Of a stretch of 64,000 nt of DNA, positions 37,136 to 48,692 are shown in pieces. A program made the translations under genes and the position numbers. Numbering within the stretch: the first letter of the stretch is position 1; every line of letters begins with the position of its first letter. The DNA comes from Malacoraja senta (taxonomy: Eukaryota): positions 35,030,001-35,094,000 of the forward strand of contig CM075977.1 of NCBI GenBank assembly GCA_038087875.1, given 5' to 3'. Under the pieces are notes generated by a model that worked only from the letters and a program-made list of their open reading frames with translations, was not told the origin of the DNA and ran no database searches.

Positions 37136-38554
37136 TTAAGGGCTAACAAATCATTTATTGCAAGTACATTGCAGACTCACAGTTCAGTTGATTCACAGCT
37201 TAGAATCACAGTCGTGGCTTCTCACTCGTAATCTTCCACAGTGACTGCCTCACGTCCAGGCATCCGGGGTTTTATTGTCCTGCCCCCCTGGAAGGGGCGT
37301 TACCTTCATCGTGGTGATTGAAAGGTGAGAGGACCAAGCAGCTGATCTTAAGGTTTTTTAAACACGCATAACTTTTTTTATTTTTCATCGATCGGAAAAA
37401 TCCTAGGGGCTGCCTCAGCGGGGAGGACCAAAAATCATAGTCATATAGGCCAGCGTTTTTTTCTAAAATCAATATACAGCGCAGACAGGAAGTGGTCAAG
37501 ATGAGACTTTTAGTTATATAGATAACCAGCCACTTGAGCACACAACTTGTACTTACATACACCATTAATGAACACATATGCATTCACTACCGAAACACAC
37601 ACAAACCAGTCTCTTGTTTTACTTGTACACGTCTGTAGATAGTGATGAACTGAATTGTTCCATCCAAGGTCAAGCACAAACATAATGGAAGGTTTGGCCT
37701 GGTTCTATGTTCCTTGTTCTGTGCCAGGGAATAAACCAATGAAGATAAACAACACTACCTTTGTCCATCTAATGAAAGACATGCCATCTGATGACGTGTT
37801 GTTATTCCTACATCATTATAACTTTGCTATCTGGTGGGGCACCAATTTACATTCAGAAATTTCTCACTGTGCCCAGGGTGAATCTGTTGAACCTAGAAAC
37901 CTTGTCAATCTAGCTTTCTTTGGTCCTTAAGATCAAAGAAACAGACTTTTGTTTTCTTTTGACATAGATATAAAGAAATACAGGAAGCCTTTGTTAGTCA
38001 AAGCTTTTGTTTTCATGAAGTTTAGTTACAAACTGAGGAAGTCATTGCAATGAGTTAACTAGTACTGCAGAACTTATTTACAACCAAGGCTTCCTGTACT
38101 CAGATACATCTCCAGGAATGCCAAATTAATGGTCTTTCTCAGCTGGAACTGCTTGGCGAAAATAAGTTGTTATTGTTAAAGCATTGAGTATCATTGCAAT
38201 GCTTCCTTCTGGGCTCGTTGATCATCCAGGAAATACATTGATTTCAGATGCCTTATTAATCATAGTCATAGAGAGAGATATGGCACAGAAACAGCCCTTC
38301 AACCCATCGAGTGCACACTGACCATCAACCACAATAAACACTAATCCTACATTAATCCCATTTTTTAAAAATTGTTTGCAGTCTTATCAAGTTCAAACAC
38401 TCACTTCACATTGGATACATTTTATTGTGGTTAATTATCCTACCAACATGCCTGTCGTGGGATCTGGAAGGAAACCAGAACATCAGGAGGAATTCCATTC
38501 AGTCAAATGGAGAACATGCAAACTCGATAGAGACAGTACTCAAGGCTCTTTAAT

Positions 38555-41183
38555 TGATTGAAAAAATACATCAGGGAAATAAGAAATATTGTATAAGGGG
38601 TAAGAGTGTTGTAAAAACAAGCCTGAAGGCTTTGTGTCTCAATGCAAGGAGCATTCGTAATAAGGTGGATGAGTTGAATGTGCAGATAGCTATTAATGAA
38701 TATGATATAGTTGGGATCACGGAGACATGGCTCCAGGGTGACCAAGGCTGGGAGCTGAACATCCAGGGATATTAAATATTCAGGAGGGATAGACAGAAAG
38801 GAAAAGGAGGTGGGGTAGCGTTGCTGGTTAGAGAGGAGATTAACGCAATAGAAAGGAAGGACATTAGCTTGGAGGATGTGGAATCGATATGGGTAGAGCT
38901 GCAAAACACTAAGGGGCAGAAAACGCTAGTGGGAGTTGTGTACAGGCCACCTAACAGTAGTAGTGGAGTTAGGGATGGCATCAGGAAATTAGAAATGCGT
39001 GCAACAAAGGTAAAACAGTTATAATGGGTGACTTCAATCTACATATAGATTGGGTGAATCAAATTGGCAGGGGTGCTGAGGAAGAGAATTTCTTGTAATG
39101 TATGTGGGATAGTTTTCTAAATCAACATGTAGAGGAACCAACGAGAGGGCAGGCTATTCTAGACTGGGTATTGAGTAATGAGGAAGGGTTAGTTAGCAGT
39201 CTTGTTGTGCGTGGCCCCTTGGGCAAGAGTGACCATAATATGGTTGAGTTCTTCATTAGGATGGAGAGTGACATAATTAATTCAGAAACAAGGGTTCTGA
39301 ACTTAAAGAAAGGTAACTTTGAGGGTATGAGACGTGAATTGGCCAAGATAGACTGGCAATTGATTCTTAAAGGGTTGACGGTGGATATGCAATGGAAGGC
39401 ATTTAAAGGCTGCATGGATGAACTACAACAATTGTTCATCCCGGTTTGGCAAAAGAATAAATCAGGGAAGGTAGTGCATCTGTGGATAACAAGGGAAATC
39501 AGGTATAGTATCAAAACAAAAGATGAAGCATACAAATTAGCCAGAAAAAGCAGCCTACCAGAGGACTGGGAGAAATTCAGAGTCCAGCAGAGGAGGACAA
39601 AGGGTTTAATTAGGAAAGGGAAAATAGATTATGAAAGAAAACTGGCAGGGAACATAAAAACTGACTGCAAAAGTTTTTATAGATATGTGAAGAGAAAAAG
39701 ATTAGTTAAAACAAATGTAGGTCCTTTGCAGTCAGAAACAGGTGAATTGATCATGGGGAACAAGGACATGGCAGACCAATTGAATAACTACTTTGGTTCT
39801 GTCTTCACTAAGGAAGACTTAATTAATCTGCCGGAAATAGCAGAGGACCGGGGGTATCAAATGAGGTGGAGGAACAGAGTGAAATCCAGGTTAGCCGGGA
39901 AGTGGTGTTAGGTAAATTGAATGGATTAATGGCCGATAAATCCCCTGGGCCAGATAGGCTGCATCCCAGAGTACTTAACTAGTAGAGTGGATAAGGGAGA
40001 ACCAGTGGATGTGTTATATCTGGACTTTCAGAAGGCTTTCGACAAGGTCCCACATAAGAGATTAATATACAAACTTAAAGCACACGGTATTGGGGGTTCA
40101 GTATTGATGTGGATAGAGAACTGGCTGGCAGACAGGAAGCAAAGAGTAGGAGTAAACGGGTCCTTTTCAGAATGGCAGGCAGTGACTAGTGGGGTACCGC
40201 AAGGCTCAGTGCTGGGACCCCAGCTATTTACAATATATATTAATGATTTGGACGAGGGAATTGAATGCAACATCTCCAAGTTTGCGGATGACACGAAGCT
40301 GGGGGGCAGTGTTAGCTGTGAGGAGGGTGCTAGGAGGCTACAAGATGACTTGGATAGGCTGGGTGAGTGGGCAAATGCATGGCAGAAGCAGTATAATGTG
40401 GATAAATGTGAGGTTATCCACTTTGGTGGCAAAAACAGGAAAGTAGACTATTACCTGAATGGTGGCCGATTAGGAAAAGGGGAGATGCAACGAGACCTGG
40501 GTGTCATGGTACACCAGTCATTGAAAGTGGGCATGCAGGTGCAGCAGGCAGTGAAGAAAGCGAATGGTATGTTAGCATTCATAGCAAAAGGATTTGAGTA
40601 TAGGAGCAGGGAGGTTCTACTGCAGTTGTACAGGGTCTTGGTGAGACCACACCTGGAGTATTGCGTACAGTTTTGGTCTCCTAATCTGAGGAAGGACATT
40701 CTTGCCATAGAGGGAGTACAGAGAAGGTTCACCACAGTGATTCCTGGGATGTCAGGACTTTCATATGAGGAAAGACTGGATAGACTCGGCTTGTACTTGC
40801 TGGAATTTAGAAAATTGAGGGGGGATCTTATAGAAACTTACAAAATTCTTAAGGGGTTGGACAGGCTAGATGCAGGAAGATTGTTCCCGATGTTGGGGAA
40901 GCCCAGAACAAGGGGTCACATTTTAAGGATAAAGGGGAAATCTTTTAGGACTGAGATGAGAAAAACATTTTTCACACAGAGAGTGGTGAATCTCTGGAAT
41001 TCTCTGCCACAGAATGTAGTTGAGGCCAGTTCATTGGCTATATTTAAGAGGGAGTTAGATGTGGCCCTTGTGGCTAAAGGGATCAGGGGGTATGGAGAGA
41101 AAGCAGGTACAGGATACCGAGTTGGATGATCAGCCATGATCATATTGAATGGCCGAATCGCCTACTCCTGCACCTATTTTCTA
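38555..41183 (+). mobile_element. CR1 LINE with near-complete ORF2 (APE + RT), frameshifted, with an internal deletion
   Basis: CLNARSIRNK, VGITETWL, VYRPP, GDFN, SDHN; RT YLDFQKAFDKVPH, SGVPQGSVLGP, KFADDTK; (tttctatg)n tail. Confidence 0.97.
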
Positions 41184-43742
41184 TGTTTCTATGTTTCTAT
41201 GTTTCACTTCAGTCCAATTAAGGCCCTATGCTCCAGAATTTCTCTACCTCCCTATCTTTGTCATGTTTCTGGATCATCCTCAATCCACTTCTTTACCCAA
41301 ATGTTGCCTGTTGTTCAAAACTTCGCAATGTGGCTTGTTTACAAATCGCTTTTGTGAAGTGCTTTGGAGCAAGTTGCAATGGTACAGACACTACATTGAT
41401 AGAAAATAAATAAATAGACACAACAACTGATAGAACTGATGAGTGTGTGTAGAAAGTTAGCTAATTCTGTCAAATTACACGTTCTGACTTCTGCCTGGCA
41501 TTATTATGGAGAGGAATTAAACAGATAACATTCAACCATCTCATCCCCTGTAATTTGGGCCGTAGCCTAGAAAGTATTCCTTGTGTGCTCTTGTGGTATT
41601 CGATGTTACACCTAAAGTTTGTTTTCCCATAATTTAACCGAAACAAAACAAATAACAAAACGCATTTACGCCAAACCCATTTTATTCCCTTCACATTTTC
41701 AAATCCCCCTGATTCTACCACCCTCCAATTCACGAGGGGTAATTTATGGCTGTCAGTTAACCTACCAACCTGCATGTCATTGGGATGTAGGAGGAAACTG
41801 GAATGCTGGGGGGAAACGTATGTCGTCACTTGCTAACTCCATGCAGACAACACCCACGGTCAGGATTGAACCCAAGTTGTGGAATTGCGAAGCCGTACTG
41901 TGTGCCGCAGTACTTGAACATGTGCTTGAGAAGTCATGACATTGTGCTGGAAGGTGGGATTAGTTTGGGTAGTTCTATTTCCAGCGGCGTGGACATGATG
42001 GACTAACTGGTCTCCTTCTGCTCTATGCTTCTGTTAAGCACAGGGGAAGGAAAGGAAAGTAGGGCAACCTCCTCAAGAATAACACAATCAAAGTATTTCT
42101 GAGAACTCGAGCAGGGGAAAGATTTCGGGCCACAAGAAAATGCAGAAATCACCACTCTTCTTGTACCAACTTACTGCATGTCTTGCTAGAGGTTTGTTTC
42201 ATGTGGCTGTAACACCACGGAGATAGCCATTGGATGATTACACTGTAAGTAACAAAAGCCAAACATAACCAGCAATTTGTAGCAATGTACAACTGTGGTC
42301 TTACAGAAATCTTGACATAGTAGATGTAGCTACACATGCTTCAGGGAAGGAAACCTGTTCGACCTACTCAATCTAGTCTTAGTGGTCCGCAACCCACAGA
42401 AACATGGTTAATTCACAAATGTCCTCACAATAGGCTGAGCCAGCCACAAAATTATGTTAGAAACCACCTTGCACCTTCATGATAGGGCTGCAACAGTTGA
42501 AGAAAGGGTTTCACCATGACATTCTTAGTGGCAGTTAGAGATGTTCAATGCTTGCGAAGGTCATATCCTGTAGATGAATAAAAAGTTAGCAAAACTTGAC
42601 CAGAAGAGGAAAGAAAATAAATATCAACAGAGAAGGAATTGAAAGGGACTGAAAGTCAATCGTCATTAAATGAAGACATGAGAAAATGCAGAAACTGGAA
42701 TCGTGAGCAAAAAAACAAAGTGCGAGAGGAACTCAGTCGGTTTAGGCATTATCTGTGGAGGGAAATGAACAGACAAATTTGTGGGTCAGGACTTTTGCAC
42801 AGATTTAAGGAAAACAGGGATCTTGATGGCATAAATGCTTTTTTCAAGCCAGGATTATGCTAGTTGCATTCCTGTTACCATCATCCCCGTGCTGACACAC
42901 AAGCTGCTATCAAACACAGACATGACATGACATGCTGCACACTGCAATGTTGGGGTGGCATTATTTGTGGTTTATATTCATCTCATGACTTTGTACGCCA
43001 AATGCTTTGGGCAACCCTGCTGAATACTTCCTGTAGTGTCTCCAACCCTTTCTGCCCACAAGCCGGAGAATGTGGTTAACATGCCAGATGAGCTGTATTG
43101 CTAACAGAGGACGAGCAAGATGCTACTGCTGGAAGATCAACAGTACCACTTTCTTCAGCTGTGGTGCTAAGGAATTCTGCCAGCAATGTGTTGATGCCTG
43201 GAAAGGATTTAAAGGGTTGAGCAGGATAGGAACATAAGAACATTATAAATATAAGCAGAAGTAGGCCATTCGGTCTTCTGTACCTGCTGCACCATTCAAG
43301 AAACGCATGTTTACCTAAGAGCCACTTTTCTGCGCCAACCTCATATCCCTTAATATCCATTGAATTCTGTATTGAATATACTTCTGCCTTTCTTCACCAT
43401 TCAGGGCCCCACACACTCCTTCAGGTTTAGCAGTGACTCAGTAACAGTTTTGTACTCCCTTTAGTGGTAATTATGTGGTTTTGTTTGGTTTGGATGAACA
43501 AAATGTAGACTAGGTGACCATTTTAAATAAACTTTTCAGTCTGCAAGAGTCGGCCCTTACAGCCCTTTGAGGTACAAATTTTAACAGTAATCTTGGTAAG
43601 AAATTTATTTTCTATCTCTGTTCTATATTGCGGTAAAGGTAAAAGTTGTAATAATGGAACAAAATCTATCTGGTATTAGACAAAAATGGTGAAGGAGAAA
43701 GTACTTCTTAAAGGATTTCAAATCCATCTTGAGACTTCCTTA

Positions 43743-44073
43743 AGGCCCTGTCCCACTTTCCCGAGTTACTCACAAACTCTCCCGAGTTTTCCCCTTGATT
43801 CGAACTCAGAGAATTACGGTAATATCCGTTCGTAGGTACTCGGGGCTATTTTTTTTAAACTCGTGGACATTTTTTAACATGTTGAAAAAACGTCCCGATT
43901 TACCGGATGCCCCAAGTTCCTACGGCTGGCATTACGAGTCACTACGAAACATCTACGGACTCTTACGTCCTCCTACGAGCTCGCTACCGACATTACCCGA
44001 CATTCCCCGAGTTCGAATCAAGGGGAAAACTCGGGAGAGTTCATGAGTAACTCGGGAAAGTGGGACAGGGCCT
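43743..44073. mobile_element. PIF/Harbinger-type MITE
   Basis: ~65-bp TIR with 2 mismatches, starting AGGCCCTGTCCCAC; TSD TTA at 43740-43742 and 44074-44076. Confidence 0.92.
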
Positions 44074-44401
44074 TTAGCTTATAGATGTCTGGTGTTTATA
44101 GATGAATCTTGAAATGCTTCATGCATCAGACATTGACGTACCTGCCCATGTTTGAGTTGAGATAATGCCTCCGATCATTCTCTTGGAAAGCATTATCCTG
44201 ACCTGTAAACTCTCATCCGTGCTCCTATTCTGATGGCCGATAGATGAAGAAACTGAAATAGGCACTTTATTTTGCTACATGCTCAATGTCAGTGTCAGGG
44301 CATCTCCAAGTTCAGAAGAAAGACACATTTTCAGCTCTGTGGGACTCGTACAATCTCAGTGAATTTGTTTTGCAGTCATTGTGATACTTTTGGAGTGCAG
44401 T

Positions 44402-44644
44402 TGTAGCTGCACCAAACGTGGTGAATATACAGTTGCTTTATTCAGGTATTACATGCAAGTTTGGTCCACTAACATAATTGTCATTGCTTCTGTAGCTGAG
44501 CGAGGGTGTAGCTCGAGGGTGTAGCTCGAGCTCAGCTACCTGTCGACTCCAGTGATCTCACGGTGAGATATGCTTATGTAGCAGGACACTCCCCTTAAAC
44601 CATGACGTCACGTGTCAGCCCTCGTAACCACTGACGAGGGTTAC
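44402..44644 (-). mobile_element. Candidate short solo LTR inserted in a DeuSINE/SacSINE1-like tail
   Basis: Minus strand runs GTAACC...TGACGTCA...AATAAA...GCTACA; the flanks (acttttggagtgcagt | ctgttgcaatgtaggaagc) rejoin into a SINE tail. Confidence 0.5.
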
Positions 44645-45904
44645 TGTTGCAATGTAGGAAGCATTGCCACCAATTTGTGTATAACATGCTCCCACAAGCA
44701 GCAATGAAATATTTATATTTACTTGAGGAGGTATATCCACCTTTATATGAGAGTGGGTTAGAGAGTACTTCAGTGCAATAGAAGAAGGGTCTTGACCCAA
44801 AACATCGCCTATTTCCTTCGCTCCATAGATGCTGCCTCACCCGCTGAGTTTCTCCAGCATTTTTGTCAAGCTTCAAGACAAGAGACATTAATACAACTCA
44901 CTGAAGTTCAATTGCAAATTATTCAGGCCAAGCTTTGTGCGATTGGCACATACAGTTAGAGAACCTTGCTTTCGTCAATAACGGTATTATTATTTTCATT
45001 AAGATTCATGGAAAATGCTTTAACTTATTCCTAAACTGGCTTTAAGTAAAATGATGGATTACCCACAGGGCTTGTGTGCTACTGGAACATATTGCTAGGA
45101 TAAGATGATGCACCACTAACACTGAGGGTAATGTTAATTGTTAATACGATAGTACATCTCCGACTGCAATACACCATTAACAATGAGGAGGACACCTGCA
45201 AAGATTAAGGTTAATACTAATTGTTAATAAGATGATACAACTCTGTCTGCGACACACCATTATCGCCAAGGAGCAAACTTGCAAAGATTGAGGTTAATGG
45301 TAATTGTTGAGACTGGTTGCATTTAAAAAAAAAAGAAAAAATATAAAGTAGCTCATTTAGCCCTCTCCTCCATTCAGTCAGATCATAGCTGATCCACCAA
45401 GCACTCTTCCACCACCAATAAACATATCCCTTGATCCATTTAGTTTCCAATCTCAGCCTTGAAGTTAACAAATGACTGAGCATCCACAGCATTGTTGGAC
45501 AGCTTCAAAGAATTTACAAGCACAACTTAAAAAACCCCACATTATTTATTTCCAAGTCCACAATGCTCTCAGTCCTCGTCATTTTGAGAATGTGGCCTTG
45601 AATTCTCGACCTTGTATTGAGAGAAAGCAGCTTTTCGGCATTGATCACATCACCTCAGACAAGGTTTGCCTATACTGTAGAGTTCCATATTTTCTGTTGT
45701 TTATATTGAGAAAAACTGAATTTGTCAGTGCATAAAATAGAATAGTGCTTCGTACACCATTAATGAAATTCAGTTCCAAAAGATGATACCATGCAAATGC
45801 TACTAAATAGTTCCATAAATTCAAGTTGAATTTCTCATCTGACATACTTCAATTATGAAGGAATGCTCCTGCCTTTCAGAGGAGGAAACAAAGGGAAAAG
45901 TTGT

Positions 45905-46340
45905 TACATTAAACAAGGTTTATGTTTAGGTTTATTATAGTCACCTATGCCGAGATAGGGTGAAAAGCTTTGTTTTGTATGGTATCTAATCAAATCAGAT
46001 AAAAATACACATAAATACTCTCAAGCCAAATTCACATACAATAGTTAAAGTTAAGGGAAAAAGATCCTTGATAATATTAATGCCAAGGAACTTGAAGCTC
46101 TTAATCATTTCCATTTTGGTATCATTGATGCTAATTGAGGCATATACTCTACCATGCTTCCTAAAGTTGATAGCCAGCTCCTTCGTCTTGCTGACATTGA
46201 CGGAGAGGTCGTTGTCCTGACATCGTGTTACTAAGTTCTCTATCACCTTCCTGTACTCTGTCGCTTCCTACTTCGTGCTCTGCTCCCCCATTGTGGTGTT
46301 ATCTGCAAACCCGATTAGCAATGGAGTTAGCGCTGAATTT
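45905..46340 (-). mobile_element. Old Rex/Babar fragment
   Basis: CQDNDLSVNVSKTKELAINF...KSFKFLG. Confidence 0.8.
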
Positions 46341-46639
46341 GGCCTCAGAGTTGTGGGTGTTGGGAGTATCGTATAGTTTGGGGACTGGAGGATTGGGGAA
46401 GATTATTAGAGGCCAGTGGGGAGAAGTTGCAAAGAGTCGAGCGGGGAGAAATAGCCATGTGGATAATGTAAAAGATCCCCAGAGTTCAGGAGGTTAATAT
46501 GAATTCCACCTGCTCAGTGGTGATGGAATGTGTTACAATAGAATTAAGAGCAATAGTGTGATAACAGATAAGATGTAACTTGCTAACAAAAAGCAATGAT
46601 TAAAATGATTTTTAATAAGGAAAGAGTAACAATTATTGT

Positions 46640-47432
46640 TGTTGGGTGACCTTACAGAGATTTATAAAATGACGATTATTTGATGGCCAAGGTAAGGTGA
46701 ATAGCCACAGTCTTTTCTCCATGGCAGGGGAGTCTAAAACTAGAGGGCTATGTTTAAGTTGATATGGGGTACGTTTTAAAAGGCACCCGAGGATCAATAT
46801 CTTCACACAAAGGGTTGGGAAAATATGGAATGAGCCTCCAGAGATGGGTACAATTGTGGCATTTAAAAGACACCTGGACAGCTACATGAATAGGAAAGTT
46901 TTGGAGCGATACAACAAAGCACAGGCAAGTGGGACTAGCTCGGTCAAGAAATTTGGTCATCATGGGCAAATTGGTTCAAAGGGCTTGTTTCTGCGCTAAG
47001 TAACTCTATGACTCAGTGAATCTCTAACTTTAACTTTAGAAGAATGAAGGGGAACCACATTGAAACATACAGTATAGAGAAAGGCTTGGATAGAGTGGAT
47101 GTGGAGAGGAAGTTTCCACTAGTGGGAGAGTCGAGGACTAGAGGTCATAGCCTCAGAATTAAAGGATGTTCTTTTAGGAAGGAGATGAGGAGGAATTTCT
47201 TTAGTCAGGGGGTGAATCTGTGGAATTCTTTGCCATAGAAGGTTGTGGAGGCTAAGTCAGTGGATATTTTTAAGGCAAAGATAAATGGATTCTTGATTAG
47301 TACAGGTGTCAGAAGTTATGGGGAGAAGGCAGGAGAATGGGGTTAGGAGGAAGAGATAGATCAGCCATGATTGAATGGCAGAGTAGACTTGATGGCCCGA
47401 ATGGCCTAATTCTACTCCTATTAAGTATGACC
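46640..47432 (+). mobile_element. Two adjacent CR1 3' fragments
   Basis: GESRTRGHSLRIKG..FFSQ..NLWNSLP; CR1 3' UTRs. Confidence 0.85.
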
Positions 47433-48692
47433 TTGTGACATAATATACATGTAGAATGGCAAACTTATTAGACACCTATGTAAAATGGAGATTATTAGTT
47501 GTAGAATGAAAGAAAATAATCCAAGAAAATTACTTTCAGCAACAACCTGCATTTATTTATTTATTTAGGGTGAAGTGATTAATTTCAGAGATGAATAAAA
47601 TGCCAGAACTAGAATTCTGCAAAGAAACCATTAATGGGTGAGAGGTGATGTAGGAAGTGGCGAGGGCTTGGAGTGATTTAAAAGTGAAGGGGAGACTTTT
47701 TAAGTTGGGCCATTGTTTAACTAGGTGCCAGAGCTGATCAATGAATGTAGATTGGTGGGTGAATGGAACTTAATACATGAGGACAGATAGCATAGTGTTG
47801 GATGAGTCTAAGTCTGTGGCACTGAAATGGACAGAGGGTTAATAGAAGAGTGTTAGAATTGGCAGACCTAAAGGTAATAAAGGTGAGGATGTGGTTTTCA
47901 GCAGAAGAGCTGAGTATTTTTCATAAGGGAAAGATAAATGGTAAACTGACAGCTCTTACAATGGGTTAGCACTCATCCAAGCTGTTAGCTTCCTCGATTA
48001 TTAATCTCTGGAGAAAAAATATAGGTTTGGATAAAATATAAATTATTATTGCTCTAGTTCTGCCAAATTATTGCAATAACCAGAACTGACCTTGTCATGG
48101 TTAACGTGGTATTTACAGCATTGGAAAGTTCAAGCGGTCTGCAAACGTTGGCCTTGATCCAAGTTTAACTCCTCAAAATCACAAGCCTGTAAAGATATGT
48201 TGAAAGCTCGCAAATGATTGTTGGGGTTGTCTGAATACAGATGCTCAGATATCTGGATTATACATCTCAGCTAGAAGTAGAGGTAGTGCCTACTCTAAAG
48301 TAAACTTTCTCATCCAATGGCTACAATCTAATGTGACATAATATTTGAGTTATAGTTAGTCATAAAGCATGGAAACAGCCCTTCAGCCCTACTCATCCAT
48401 GTCAACCACGATGCCCCATCTAAACCAGATTTGCTCATGCTTGGCGTAATCCCTCTAAACCTTTCCTATCCATTTATGTGTCCAAGCATCTTTAAAATGC
48501 TATTTATAGTACCTGCCTCAACTATCTCCTCTGGCAGCTCTTCCAAAGTGAGAAAGTTGCCCCTGTGATTCCTATCAAATCTTTCCCTTCTCATTTAAAC
48601 CTATGTCCTCTGGTTCTTGATTCCCTACTCTGAATAAATATCTGCGCTCTCACCTTATCTATTCCCCTCATGCATTTATACTCCTCCATAAT

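Larger units (their letters stand above)
36338..37522 (-). mobile_element. Non-autonomous Helitron (copy 2) with internal tandem arrays
   Basis: CTAG at 36338-36341 with hairpin gggacccattgggtccc; 5' TCTATATAACTAAAA at 37522; A|T insertion site; termini shared with copies 1 and 3. Confidence 0.88.

Noticed and set aside
36347-37231. ORFs with AWWAGSSVTQ / GWQLSHSGLV repeats, and a possible CRISPR-like array
   Set aside because: Translations of tandem arrays inside a Helitron; no unique spacers, no cas genes, eukaryotic context
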